A stretch of DNA of 62,154 bases, counting the filler, from Choristocarpus tenellus KU-1152 (lineage: Eukaryota > Protista > Phaeophyceae), in assembly GCA_964200185.2 (NCBI GenBank). It is 10 parts of 10 records of this genome, joined end to end, with 100 filler letters (N's around TTAATTAATTAA, not from the genome) between each part and the next. Parts side by side here need not be neighbours in the genome. Positions count along the whole stretch, not along the records: positions 30,583 to 36,753 come from CAXNAD020008769.1; positions 36,854 to 39,852 come from CAXNAD020023036.1; positions 39,953 to 48,890 come from CAXNAD020004178.1; 7 more parts are not named here. One strand, written 5' to 3'. Below, in pieces: positions 30,583 to 43,601 of this stretch. The notes below the pieces were generated by a model, which was not told the origin of the DNA, made no database searches, and worked only from the letters and a program-made list of their open reading frames with translations. The position numbers and the translations under genes were made by a program. Position 1 is the first letter of the stretch; each line of letters begins with the position of its first letter.

Positions 30583-30625
30583 TCCAAATGGACAGTCGCC
30601 ACCCCCCACCCAGATACTTTGAGCC
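30583..30625. mobile_element. Right end of MITE subfamily C at contig start
   Basis: CCAAATGGACAGTCGCCACCCCCCACCCAGATACTTTGAGCC. Confidence 0.7.
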
Positions 30626-30874
30626 TCTACATTTTGAACTAGAAGGGTTTTAATTGAAACTCGCCCACCCAAAAAACCCGTCTAAAGTAGTCAATCCTCA
30701 ATTTTGATTCATGTTTCAAAGTTGGTTGAGTTTTTGTTCTCAATCAAAGAACCTACCTCCCTTGAAATGACTCAATATCTGGCACACTCATCATTCCCCA
30801 ATAATCTCATCACTCCCCTTGCCTACCAAAAGAAACCTTTAACCTCTACTCTCCATGTGTACTGCCCTCCTAAG

Positions 30875-32866
30875 GCTCACCGAGATTGACCTCACCGGCA
30901 ACCCTATCCCTGCAGACTGGCTGAGGGAGCATCATGAGGTATGGAGCCAGCGGCACAAATTATCTACACCGCCGATTAAAAGACAATTATCATGTCCAGC
31001 ACTCAATACGGCCTACTTATCATCTGACAACAAGCAGAGGAATCGTTGTATAGAAGCTGGAGCTCAACTCTTTGATATATACCTCCTAGTCCTGTGATGA
31101 ATTCCCTGACTTCAGCAAAAACTAGAGTCCATAAAAGATTTTGCTTGACAGTCAGTTACACAGAACCTGTAAAAAACTCACCTTCAAACTCATGTGTTTG
31201 GGTTCTACAACTGTTGGATATTTCTTTTTGAAACACACAAAAAAAAAAAATCCTTTGGTTTGATGGGTTGTGTGTAATTAATCTCGATATTGTAATTATC
31301 GCACAAAAAAAGTCATATTTTAGACCGTGACAACACCACTGCTAAAATAAATTTTAGGAAGTATCAAGTGTGTGTGTGTGTGTGTGTGTGTGTGGTCTTC
31401 CTTCTCACCATGATTGTTGAAGCACTGTTTGCTGACTCATGAGCCAAAGTATCTTAGAGGGTAGAGTCGCGTCCATTTGGGGGGCAAAATCCAATTTTAC
31501 GATTTTGATGTAGTTTTGGCTATCGTGTTTGTTGGAAAGTGTCAATATCTATCATCTTTCGGACACGCGTTTTCATAACGTAGAATTTTTGCCTACCCCG
31601 AAACATTCTGGAGTAGGAATATGTCATAAAAACACCCATGGGAAGCCAAGTCCCAAGTGGACAAACAGGGCAAAATTCGTACCCTCTAAGATACTTTCAC
31701 TCTCTTGACACGAAAAGGAAGATACTCTATCAGATGAGTAGAGAGCAAAGTACACTGGCCTTAAGTTTTCCTGTATGCTGCAAGCATGTTGCTCTTAATG
31801 CTGAAGCAACAGTTGTTGTTGGAAAACGCACTACTTCTATATTTGGGGCAGAGATCAAGTTCGCTTTCCATGCCAAATAAACCTCGGTCCAAATAGACCA
31901 CCATTCACTCTGAAGAAATGGCAGAGATGAAGGCAACAAGAAGGAGTTCAACGTCCAGCAGGATCCCTTCCTCAAAAACCCACTCTCTACAACAAGTAGT
32001 ACACAGGCCATTTTTTCTTGCAACCTTTGTCCCGGTTGGGACCCTACTCCAATAAAAATACGCCGTAGTACAGAAGTGAAACAGACACCAGCATACCCCT
32101 CCACTCCCTCTCTGTATACAGATCCGCAGTGAGATTTACGACTATCTGCCGACAGTGGGAGAGTCCCTTCGGCGAAACCTAGTCAGGGCAAGCACTATGC
32201 CCTCCCCTGATGACAAGCAAGTCTGGGAGTCCCAGGCTTGGCCTAGAAAGAGCACCACACGCCACAGGAGGGGGAGACAGGGAGCCAGGGGTGATGGTGT
32301 GGGAAAAGACCAGATGGCAACTGAAGACGAAGGCAAGGCCTGTGGTGTCGTGGACAGCAATGGGGGGGGAAAGGGCATGGCTGGGGATCAGGGCAAGGGA
32401 AACCAGGCAAGGATGAGGGTTGCAAAACGTGGAAACATGTAGGGAGCTGTAAAGGTTTTCTGCCAAATCGACAGGTGTCATAGTTGATGCCATTGAAACG
32501 ATCTCTTTTTGTTACAAAACACCCACATTCTTGCTGCTTCGGATGTGTGCTTTATGAGGACTTTCCTAACAGTACTGCAGGAATCCGCCCATCCTACATG
32601 CGTGAATGATTCACTCCATAGCCGAATAAGAATAGAGAAATCGGCTTCACGGGTGTTTGTTTTGACTGTTTGTGATTGATGAAACTTGTACTGTTGTTGA
32701 GGACGGTACGTTTTTATCACACAACAGGAAGGTGAGGAGACTTGTCATCCTTCAACTCTCCGTTTAATATCTACTAACTATACCACACTACCCACCCGTG
32801 CTCTTTGTCTGTTTTGTTTGCACCCACCCTCAATCATTTTCACAACCTCATCCTGGGCTTTACATT

Positions 32867-32905
<39 letters not shown>

Positions 32906-33850
32906 GCTTCGTCCACATCAGAGTCGAAAATGCAATCCAACCCGCCTTTCAGATGGAACACCAACGAATTTGGAAAGGTTAACCATGACCATCCGCAAAA
33001 GTCCAGGGAATCAAACTGTATACACACGAGGTGGTATGAAGCGTAGCAGGTATACCAGCCCCAATGAGGTGCAAGAGAGCAGAGTTGAGGAAGTGGGGAG
33101 TAATCTTGCACAAGAGGAAGTCGATAAGGTGGAAGGGCGAGAACATGGGGATGAGGAGGTAGTGGAGGGAGCGACTGATGAGAGGCAAGGGGAGAGTGCC
33201 AATCGCAAGGGACATAGGATGGAAAGGAAGACAGGGAAGTGGACCAAGAGAGGCTTGTGGGCACCTACAATCGGACTGAGCGAGAAGATGGAGAGGGCAA
33301 GAGAGATTGGAGAGAGACAAGCTGAGAGGCGCCGAGAGAGGTGTGAGAACCAGGTGGGGTCTACCTATGCGAGCACCTATCAGAAAAGCGTGAAATGTGT
33401 ATTTTTTGTTGATATTTTTGTAATTGACCTTGGCTCATCGACAAAGCACTTGTTGACCTCTGACAACAGTTACCTAATAACTGCAGAGTTCTGGTTTGCT
33501 GCTCTACGACTTTTTTTCTTTTAGTGGTGCACTCCTTCATGCTCACCTCACATGTATATATATATATATATTTCTGCAACACTCCGTTCTTTGTACCATA
33601 CTAGGTACTATAGCGGTGTCCATGACTAACTCTCAATGCAAACTAGTGAGCCCAGTAGATGGTATATGTATTCGTGTAGGAGTATGTGGCATACAAATCT
33701 TTCTCTTTTTTCTTTTTTCTCTGATAATAGGCAGTCACAAGTGCAGGAAGAAAAAGGTATCTGGATGTGGTGGAGTACCTAGAAACTGAGAAGGGTAAGG
33801 CGTTGGTGAAGCACGTGTCCTGTCGTCTAGTCCTGGCTGCACGGGACAAG
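30875..33850 (+). CDS. Fragment of a probable leucine-rich-repeat protein with a long low-complexity region
   Basis: Exons 30875-30938 (LTEIDLTGNPIP, fitting LxxLxLxxNxI), 32122-32406 or 32418, 32907-33353 and 33731-33850, joined in phase 0. The 3' end is uncertain (possible exon at 35234). Confidence 0.55.
31441..31702 (+). mobile_element. Full MITE subfamily A (262 bp), Sola2-like
   Basis: 23-bp TIRs GAGCCAAAGTATCTTAGAGGGTA / TACCCTCTAAGATACTTTCACTC. Flanks TCAT/TCTT. Confidence 0.88.
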
Positions 33851-34060
33851 GTGAGAGGTAGAAAAAAAGAAAGAAAAACTCAAACAACTTGATCGTTCAC
33901 AGCTGAGACCAGGACTGCTGGTCTTGTTTCCAAATACTCGATGGTAATGTTTCCAACAGAAATTTGATGCAGAGTAGTAATCTAGGCATTGACTCGCTAC
34001 GATAGATGGGGATTTTTGATAATGAGAAGGTTGTTCATTGTATCATTGATTTTAATAATG

Positions 34061-34181
34061 ACGATAATAATAATAAATCAATGAAATAAACGATAATAAT
34101 AATAAATCGATGAAATAAACGATAATAATAATAAATCAATGAAATAAACGATATTAATAATAAATCAATGAAATAAACGAT
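34061..34181 (+). repeat. AT-rich 29-bp minisatellite x4
   Basis: Unit approximately ATAATAATAATAAATCAATGAAATAAACG. Confidence 0.85.
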
Positions 34182-34413
34182 AAGAGTAATAAACGTAGAG
34201 GTAGTTGCAGTAGTAGATGTAGTAGTAGATTTAATAAGAGTGGAAGAAAGAGTAAGAGTAGCAATGATAAAAATAATCATGAGGATATTGATGATGATCA
34301 TCATCATACTGGTAGTACTATTCAACGTCCAAGTAATAGTAGTAGGAGTGGTAATAGAGGTAGTGTACACCCTGTACAGGTATGATGAAAGGAGACTGCA
34401 GAGTCTGTCATCT

Positions 34414-34681
34414 GAGCCAAAGTATCTTAGAGGGTAGAGCCGCGTCCATTTGGGGGGCAAAATCCAATTTTACGATTTTGATGTAGTTTTGGCTATCGTG
34501 TTTGTTAGAAAGTGTCAATATCTATCATCTTTCGGACACGCGTTTTCATAACGTAGAATTCTTGCCTACCCCGAAACATTCTGGAGTAGGAATATGTAAT
34601 AAAAACACCCATGGGAAGCCAAGTCCCAAGTGGACAAACAGGGCAAAATTCGTACCCTCTCTTAACAAGATACTTTCACTC
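34414..34681 (+). mobile_element. Full MITE subfamily A with perfect 4-bp TSD (ATCT)
   Basis: Near-identical to 31441-31702, with a 6-bp insertion (CTTAAC) in the right TIR. ATCT flanks both sides. Confidence 0.9.
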
Positions 34682-37600
34682 ATCTACTTCGTTCTACTTA
34701 GTAGCAAGCAACAGTGCAAAATTTGTTCAAGAAAATAAAAAATGGTAAAATGATAGATTTGCCAAGAGAGATGTGGACACATGAAATTGATTGGAGAGAT
34801 GAGGTGAGACAAAAGTGGGGCTTTGCCCCGTTAGACTTCCTCACTCGAGGGTTGAGGGGTGAATCCAGGTAGATTTCGGAGGGTGGATGAGGTTCTACAA
34901 TGACACCCTTACACTAATGTTGTATGTGATTGGTTGATGATTGGTTGATGATTGGTTGATGATTTTATGGAATAGCGAGTGGACCAGAGTATTCCCCTGA
35001 AGTTAGCTTTCCCATTGTGTAATAATCCTGAAGTTCCCATGAGGGCTAACCCATCCTTATCTATGCAGAGTATCCTCAAGGAGGGGGGTGGAGTTGAGGC
35101 GTTTTGTTATGAAGGAGGTGTAGTAAATGAGAGGCCTGAAAATTCCTATTTTCATGGCCTGCATTTAGTAAACCCTTATCAGGAGCCTGTGGATATAGGA
35201 GGAAAGACCCTGGGGACAGATGTGTTGCTATAGGATCGGAGTGCTTTGGAGGCGTGTAAAGATGGTGCAAACCAGATAGCAGTCGCAGAGTCCCCTTTTT
35301 GACAATAATGGCACCCCCCTCTAGAATACTTAGTTATTATGACATAGTATACTTAGTTGCTTCTATGTACAGGTGAGAATGAGATATGGTGCAGAGCTGA
35401 TCTTCAAACTCGAAGCTTGAGAAAATAATAAACTACTTACTGTGTGTAGGTTTCAGCATTGATGTTATATTGATGTATATATAGATAATATAAATTGAGA
35501 CATGACAACTACTACGTATTCCAGAGTATGTGCCAATAATAGCTTGAGCCTTTAGAGGTTGGTATTGTAGTGTCTGATGAGAGAAAAAATGAACCACTCT
35601 GGTATTGGCATAGATCCCCAGGATTCTTAAGGTCGATTGGAGCTGAAACAATGACTGGAGATAAGAAATAACTTTCAAATCACCAAAGGATGAAAATGTA
35701 TAATTTGACGAATAGACTATTCCAGTCTTTGGATCCTAAATCTGAACTGGAATATGTGCTCTTCTTGCTTTGCCAATATTTTCGCCACATGCAGTTCTTG
35801 ATGCCTTACTGTTGATTAAAAAAATTTAAGTAACAAGAAACTTATAATTTTTTTTATTGCGAGGCTCTTCACCGTCATATCCTGGACAATAATAAGAACA
35901 AATAGTACAGAGTATTTTCTGGGGCCTTGGCAAGGAAACTGTATCGTTTGAATCAACGGTATGTACGTATTCTTGGAAACATCAAAAAGACAACGCTTGC
36001 CAGAAAATCTCTGAAAAATCCTATGTGCTCTGGACCATATGGCACTATGATCTTAGTATTGGTCCTCTGGAAATTCAGTGCTTGCAAAACTATTTTCTTC
36101 CTGTGGTTTCTGTAGTATAGTAACCCTAACCCTATAGCCTTTACCCTATACCTCACCAAAACTTAACAATTTTTCTCAACTATGAGGTAGTACTGCTGTG
36201 TGTGCAAGGATGTCAGGAAAATTGATATTTTCCCCGAAGCCTCAGGTGTTATGTACTTATTTGTGTACCTTGAAGTATATGTACATACATACACTCCCTC
36301 TGTCCATAAGTCTGGGCCGTTAAGTTGTAGCACTTTGGGATGACCTCCGATTACAAAACGGACTTTTGCGTTGGATTCCTTGGAATATTTTAAATTAAAG
36401 ACCTCATTTAAAAGAATTCTATAAATAACTCTGTTCTGAAATGGTTCCGAAAGAGTGGAGCACAGAATGGGGCACTTTCTTATAATTTCTGAATGTTCCT
36501 GCTGCAGCATGGAGCCGCACAACACTCTCACAACCCCCATGGCGAGCCGTCGTCCCTGACATGAAGCCCACTGTCTCGGGGAAAGAACTGCGAGCTGATC
36601 CAGGAAGGTCGGACTGCACTTGCTCTGCATTACACATTGACTGTTCCTCTGGGTCACAAGAGACTCCCGAGGGGTGTGGGGTCTAAATTGGTGAAAGGGT
36701 GTGGAGTGGAAGAGAGACACCCTAGATGGGTGTGGGTGTGCATTAAAGAACAGNNNNNNNNNNNNNNNNNNNNNNNNNNNNNNNNNNNNNNNNNNNNTTA
36801 ATTAATTAANNNNNNNNNNNNNNNNNNNNNNNNNNNNNNNNNNNNNNNNNNNNGGGGCATTGGGGGGGGGAAGAAAAATGATGATTGTGTAACAGTGTCA
36901 AACTCTCCACCCATAGCGTGTTACAGATGATACCACTTACTAGGCTGCAGATTTTACCTTCCTTGTACCTTAGAGAGAGTCTCAAGTTGTTATTATTATT
37001 GTTAATATTATTATTAGTTGATTCAGTACACCTCCAATTCTTGGTCACTATATATTGTTCTTGTTTACCATGGGACGTGCTTTGTTGTTATCTTTATTGG
37101 TCGCAATGTGCTGTCATTGCCGTTGTCATTTATATTGGTCACTGTATACCATCGATGTTATTTTCATTTTTTATTTTATTTTTACTGTGTTGCGTGCATT
37201 ATGAACATAAATAAGAGGAGCAGTTGTTGCTGTCCTGTCACCGCCTCTGGCGGTCTGTAGAGACCCATTTCTTGCGACAACGAAGAGTGGGGGACTGGAT
37301 GTCGTAAGAAGAAGCTTTAAAATTTTTTGATGTTTTGTAGACTGCGACCTGTCGATCCCACCGACTGCAGTCAAACGTGGTGCCCTGATGATGTGTGCAG
37401 TGATTGACGAGATTTGAAATGAAAAAGATAAGAATGGTAAACGAATACAAGGGAACGGGAAATTTCTTGGTGGTCCCAGCAAGCAAGCAAGTGAAAAAAA
37501 AAAAATCTGTCGGAACCGGAACGGAACCGGTGCGGTCCGACAAGGCGTGTGTAAAAAAAAAAAAGATACTGCTGACGACGTATAAACATTGTGCGCACAT

Positions 37601-37849
37601 TTGATCTGACCCTGGAAAAAAAAAATGAAAATTATTGTTCTTTTGGTTCATTGCATTTGTCGCTATTATTCCGTGCGAGTGTGGTGTCTACAGTCTCGTC
37701 TTGTCGCTATTATTGCATGTCAGGTGTGTCATGATTTGTCTCATTTGTGCTTTACAAACCAGTAGACAATGAATAGGTGCAGGTATTTGTATGTACATAT
37801 ATTTTATGTACATATATTTGTATGTGAAGGTGTAAGGAGTGGTAAAGGT

Positions 37850-39260
37850 GTCCAAAAAATAAAGCTCTCTCCAAGGGAGTCCTACGCCACAAGCCATCTG
37901 TGGAGCACAAGTCAATGTTGAGGAATGGTGTGCAAATTCGGATTTTTCGGTATAATCTTTTGGTGGTTAGGGTGTGCAGCGGATGATTTGTAGGTATGTT
38001 TGTAGGTATCGCTTACCATTTTGTCGGCGTGTATCAATGGCTTTTTCCTGTGCATTGTGAGAGAAGGCTGTTGTGTAGTGGTGATCTGTCCCTGTCTCAT
38101 GTTGGTACGCGACTAACTCTCTCAGGTTTGTGATTTGATGGGAAGTAGCAATTGTGTAGGACAGACGCTTTGTTTTCTTCTGACAAAAGAACAATTGGAT
38201 TTGAATGCTCAGTCACTACTGCGAACAACGTGGTTGTGTATGGAGCATGTGGTTCCCTTGCAGTTCTATGAAGGTACAAACAGCGTCGCCTCCCTTTCTA
38301 AACAGGCGTGTTGAGGGAGCCCCTAACCCTGTGGTGTACTGGTTGATGTGATATCTCTAGGGTGTTACATCTGCGGGTTTGATTGGTCTGATTGATACCT
38401 GTTAGGGTCTCCCCCTTAACATTTTGCATTGGAAATGTTTGTTTGGATCAGTGCTGAGGGCTCAAAAATGTCGTGTATGAACATGCTGATATGGACACTC
38501 CCATGTAAAGATGTGTTGTGTCTACAGATGTTTTTTTGGTTGGTTTTTTTGGTAGCACTCGTCTTCTGCCAGTCGGGTTCAAACAGTTCCCTGGTATAAG
38601 TGCGTTGATTTGAAGCCATCCACAATTGTCTTGTCTTGTCTTGTCTTGTCTCATCTTATCTTATCTTATCCGTGCTTGTGAGCACAAGGTGTGTTGATTA
38701 CCAATACCTGGAGTGCGTTTATTTGTGGAACGTCTCATTGTGCGTCACATATTATAGGAAGATTTAGGTGTTTCACCCCCACTATCAGGAATATGAATGA
38801 ATGGGTGTAATAAATGTTTGATTCCCCAAGAGTGAAAAGAGAGGAACTCGTAAATGTTTGGTTTCTAAATATTTGATTTGTGAGGGTGTGCCCCTGTGTG
38901 CATAGCTCAGATTTATGACAGGAACAGGCGTTGGTGATTGATTGGTTGGAAATTGATATGTAAACCACGAGTTGGATTTTGATTGGTCCAACACACAGAT
39001 GTTACGCACCTAGGTGTATGAAGTTGGAAGTGGTCATTCCTTGTTGGGGTCACTACCAGCATGCATGTTCAAATGTGGTGGATCAAAGTGGCTTGAGGTG
39101 ATGTTGTAGTATCCCTGAGGTAGTCAATGTTTGTCCAAGCTAACGATTACATCCATCTGGTGCTGTATCAGACAAGACCTTGATCTTAGTAGGTGGGGCT
39201 GAGGCCTTCGCCTGAGGAGCTGGCCAACCCTTTGAAACATACGCATTGGCTACCTATTTA
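37850..39260 (-). mobile_element. Highly degenerate non-LTR retrotransposon-like remnant
   Basis: Broken A/C-rich minus-strand reading frames. NFIHLG near 39010-39030 resembles the LINE RT F.YLG motif. There is no intact domain. Confidence 0.25.
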
Positions 39261-39737
39261 TGTAATGGTGGGCTAGAATGTTCACTTCACATAATATTTT
39301 ATGTGTATATATGCACATCCTTATTGTTTTTTTACAGTAAGGGTCTAAGGAAGTATCCATTTCACACTATATTGTGACCTATAATATCCCAAACAGGGGG
39401 GGGGGGGGGGGGGGGTATAAAAAAAATATTTGGATGGGGTGGGTTTTTTGGTTTGNNNNNNNNNNTTTTTATTATTTTTTTTATATAATATCTTGAGGGA
39501 GGTAGGGGGTGGGGGGATGATAGTATCAAGCATCAATTTGGATCGGTAGTGATTTTCATGTTATGAGAGTGAGCGTGTCAGATAAAAGGGCAATTTTGTT
39601 CATTTGAATATTATACCTTCCTTTTCTATACCCCTACCTGAACCAAATTCAAAGGAAATTCACCCCAAAAACAGGCATCAAACTGGAGTATCTTACAACA
39701 CCCCATCAAGCCTCGGATGGACATCCTGGGCTAAACA

Positions 39738-39778
<41 letters not shown>

Positions 39779-39789
39779 CCTTCTTTTTT

Positions 39790-39828
<39 letters not shown>

Positions 39829-39952
39829 TTATTTGGAGCTCAGCAGCTAAGCNNNNNNNNNNNNNNNNNNNNNNNNNNNNNNNNNNNNNNNNNNNNTTAA
39901 TTAATTAANNNNNNNNNNNNNNNNNNNNNNNNNNNNNNNNNNNNNNNNNNNN

Positions 39953-42900
39953 CACACCCCCAGTGGTAGCCGTAGCCCCCGTAGTAGCTGTTGCCCCTGT
40001 GGTAGCTGTAGCCCCTGTGGTAGCTGTGGCTGCCGCCGAAGTTGTTGCTGTTGCCCCAGTAGCTGTCGTACCACCAACCGTGGCTGCAGTGGCTGTCGCA
40101 GTGGTAGCAGATGAAGCTGCAGTGGCTGCAGTGGCTGCTGTAGTAGCAGCTGCAGTTGTAGCTGCTGTGGTAGAGGTCACTGTGGCCACTGCTGCAGTCG
40201 CAGCAACCGCCGCAACCGCCACTGTTGCTGCGGCAGTTGCCGTCTCCTCCGCCACCTCCTCAGTTGTCGTCTTGTTTGTCTCTTGGGTGAAGTTGCTGGG
40301 TGCTTCAGTAGGAGATGGTGAAGGGACTGAACCATTTTGTGGAGCAGGTGTGGGACTGTAGGTCTCTCCAGGATTTAGAGGCGCTCGAGTAGGAGGTGGC
40401 GATGTGGGAGCATAAGTCTCCCCCGGAAGCAGGGGTGCACGTGTCAGCACTTCCCCAGGAGCCAGGGTGCCTACTGAAGAAGGGGATTGTGTGGGAGAGT
40501 ACGTCTCCCCAGGAAACAGAGGTGCACGGGTCAGTTCTGGCACCGGAGATGGGGAGAGGGTTCCATTTGAACTGAAGGGTGCAAGGGTTCCCAGTACTGT
40601 AGGTGAAGCTGTGGCTCCAGGTGCAAGGGTTTCAGGTGAAAGGGTTGCACGAGGTGCTACGGTTCCAGGAGCGAGAGTAGCACCAGGAGCAAGCGTGGTA
40701 CCAGGGGCAAGCGTGGTACCAGGAGCAAGCGTGGTACCAGGAGCAAGCGTGGTACCAGGGGCAACCGTGGTACCAGGGGCAAGTGTGGTACCAGGGGCAA
40801 GTGTGGTACCAGGGGCAAGTGTGGTACCAGGAGCAAGCGTGGTACCAGGAGCAAGCGTGGTACCAGGAGCAGGTGTGGTACCAGGGGCAAGCGTGGTACC
40901 AGGAGCAAGCGTGGTACCAGGAGCAGATGTGGTACCAGGAGCAAGTGTGCTTGGTGGTCCAGTTGTTAACACTGAAGGTGAAGGAGTTAGTCCACTGAGT
41001 GTTGGGGCTTGGGTGGGAGAACTGGTGGTCGAGACCTAAGAAAATTATTCGGCAGGAAAGACAGCAAGAAGTTGCAATGAGGAAAAGGCAAAGGAAAGAT
41101 GTCCCACCCCAATCCACCCATACATTATTTTCAGGGGATAAGGAGTTGAAGAGCAGGGGGGCAAGAAAAAGGAAAAGGCAGGGTTATGGAATGATGAAGG
41201 AAGGATGCAAAATGATTATGAGGCTCACAATCGATATCAACTAAAGAGGGTAGAAAACAGATGTGGTTACAAGTGCAGGAAAAGCATTGCATGCAAGGCA
41301 TCGTTCCTCAGGGGAAAAGTTGTCTCTTCTGAATAAACCCTGCCCATCTCCAAAGTTGTTAACGTACCACATAAATAGGTTACTGCCATCAGAAACATGT
41401 ACAATCCCCTCAAATCCCATCATGTTCAGTAATACACAGGATATACTTGTAATGGTCCGTTCCAACTACAAGTGCAGGCTCTTGCTAATATACTACACTG
41501 CACTTGTTCACCTTCCACTTGGTCCTAAAGCATCACCCACAAGACCCATGCACTTCCTCCATTTCAAATAAGTCAAGTTTGAAACCAGCGCACATTTAAT
41601 CTCCAGAGACACATCTCTACCTACTACTATGCCCTTCATGTTAGTTTACACTGCTAGACGACAAATGCCATAGACTGAATAGACACTCAAACATTATCAA
41701 CCTTTTTAGAGCAGAGAAAAAACATCGTCATAAATAATGCATCTGATAAAATCTTCACCTCCATTGAGACACTTATTTCATCCAACCAAGATATGCAAAC
41801 CTTTTATACTGCAAATTAAGGAATAGGTGCCTTGAACAATCAAAGGCAACAATTTATGTTCACATTTCAAGCCAATGAATGTCTAGTGGTACATCTAAAA
41901 ATCAAAACAATCTTCAAATATTCATTTTCATAGACATTGCAATTGTCCATGAGAACAAAGACCCCATCTTGTGATCCCTGCTGAATGATCTATTTCTTAC
42001 AACAGGACTCTAGAACAAACTCTCTTTTCTTGATGTATGACGGTCCATAGGACTGACCTGCACAAAATATTCAAAGGAAAAATGAGCACAAAACACAATG
42101 CAGTATACGAAATGCAACGCAAGCAAAGCAAGCTTCTATTCTAACCTACTCATCCTGTACAACTTGCTCTACTCATAAACCTTTCTAAATACCTGCATCA
42201 TCCGCTGCATCTGAAATGGCGGACCTTCTGCTTCCCAGCTTACCAGCTCCACCACAGGGTTCTCCCCGGGCACCAATGGCTCCGTAGTGCCATTAGGCAT
42301 CAAAGGCTTTGGATTAGCTCTCTCTTCCAGCCCACCACCCATCCAAATATCATCCCTTCCACTTTCCTCGCTATTTCCAAGGACAACAGGTGGCAGAAGA
42401 CCCACAGAGCCTTCTTGGACTTCCACATCCCCTTCTATATCCCCCCACCTTTCTGCTTCTCCCCATTTCCCATTCTCCCCTGTGGCACTCAATTTATTAT
42501 TTCCCATGCCGTTGGTGCCCCTCCAGTTTCCCCTAATGCCACTACTTTGGCTTTTAATCGAGTTGCTTTCCCATGCAAATGAAGATGCAACATGAAGAGG
42601 GTTGTAAAACACTGCATCCTCCACAAAAGGAGACGAGGTCATGATCTGAACCATCGGCCCAGGAGTCGGCACTGGGTGGAACTGATCATTCTCCTCATAA
42701 CTGCCTACAACTGATCCCCACGCATCAAAATCTGCCGGTGCATTTGCCCCAACTTCAGTCCCCCCCCCGACTCCAAGGGATTGCACCTTTCCTTCCCCTG
42801 CTTGCGATAGTCCTCGGAGTGCAGAAATTTCCAGAGTAAAAGGTGGAACCTTCATAGAGTAGGTGAGAGTGGGTAGGTTAATAGGTTTAACTCAATGTGG

Positions 42901-43601
42901 TTAACAGAGCCCATCACCACTCAACTTTATCAGCATTACACCAATATAGGCATTGTGAATACCAACTGCATACAGGAGGGCAGAGTAGAGCAGTGTAGGC
43001 CTATCAAGAGATTATGGAAGAATACTCATCTCTTCATCCTCATACTCTCTGAGCAGGGGTCAAAGTCAGTCAAAAAATGAAACAGAGTAGGCTACACCTA
43101 ATGCATTGCCATAGAGGAACCAGTGGTGCTCTTAGCTCAATATCACTCATAAAACACACAAGATTGAGTGCTCTTACAAAATTCCAATTCATCATGTCGT
43201 AAGGTACCCCACATAGCCCCACAAGTCAGATGAACAATGGACTGGACTAACTCGGATTCCATCTAGGCTGAGAGGTTCAAGACAGTAGAGAAGATGGCAC
43301 ATGAAACAGAAATGTGAAAAATATCACACAAGAAGATATATAGAGGAACCCCTTGATCCGCCGCCCTCCTTCCCTCTCTAGTCCCCTCTCCCCCCATTAT
43401 TTCACTCCCTCGGACTTGTTACAAAAGCAAAATCTTTGAAGTATGCACAATGCTGTGTCTCACTTTGTCATCAGCATCCACAATGCCCACAGCAATGGCG
43501 GCAAGGAGACATAGCACAGCCTTCAGAGTCACTTTTCCTTGCAGCATGAGGGCAGAGCCTACAGTTGATCGTTTTCTCCTTTCTTTCCTCTTCCTCCCCA
43601 T
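39953..43601 (-). CDS. Secreted/cell-surface mucin- or adhesin-like Thr/Pro/Ala-rich protein, 5' portion
   Basis: Exons 43464-43601 (hydrophobic signal-like segment AVLCLLAAIAVGIVDA), 42193-42849 and 39953-41035 (open to contig end), all phase 0. It has 16 TTLAPG-type repeats, 3 TRAPLxPGETYxPT repeats and an Ala/Thr/Val tract. Confidence 0.75.
40664..40951 (-). repeat. Coding 18-bp tandem repeat x16 (TTLAPG)
   Basis: Plus-strand unit approximately CCAGG(A/G)GCAAG(C/T)GTGGTA. Confidence 0.95.

Noticed and set aside
37255-37693. Separate TIR element (CTGTAGAGACC...GGTGTCTACAG)
   Set aside because: The inverted match is short and imperfect, with a single copy and no TSD.
40467-41117. Alternative-frame repetitive ORFs (VVPGAS, WYHACS, WYQEQA, LLLVPR)
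   Set aside because: These are shadows of the 18-bp coding repeat. Only the TTLAPG frame connects by splicing to a signal-peptide exon.
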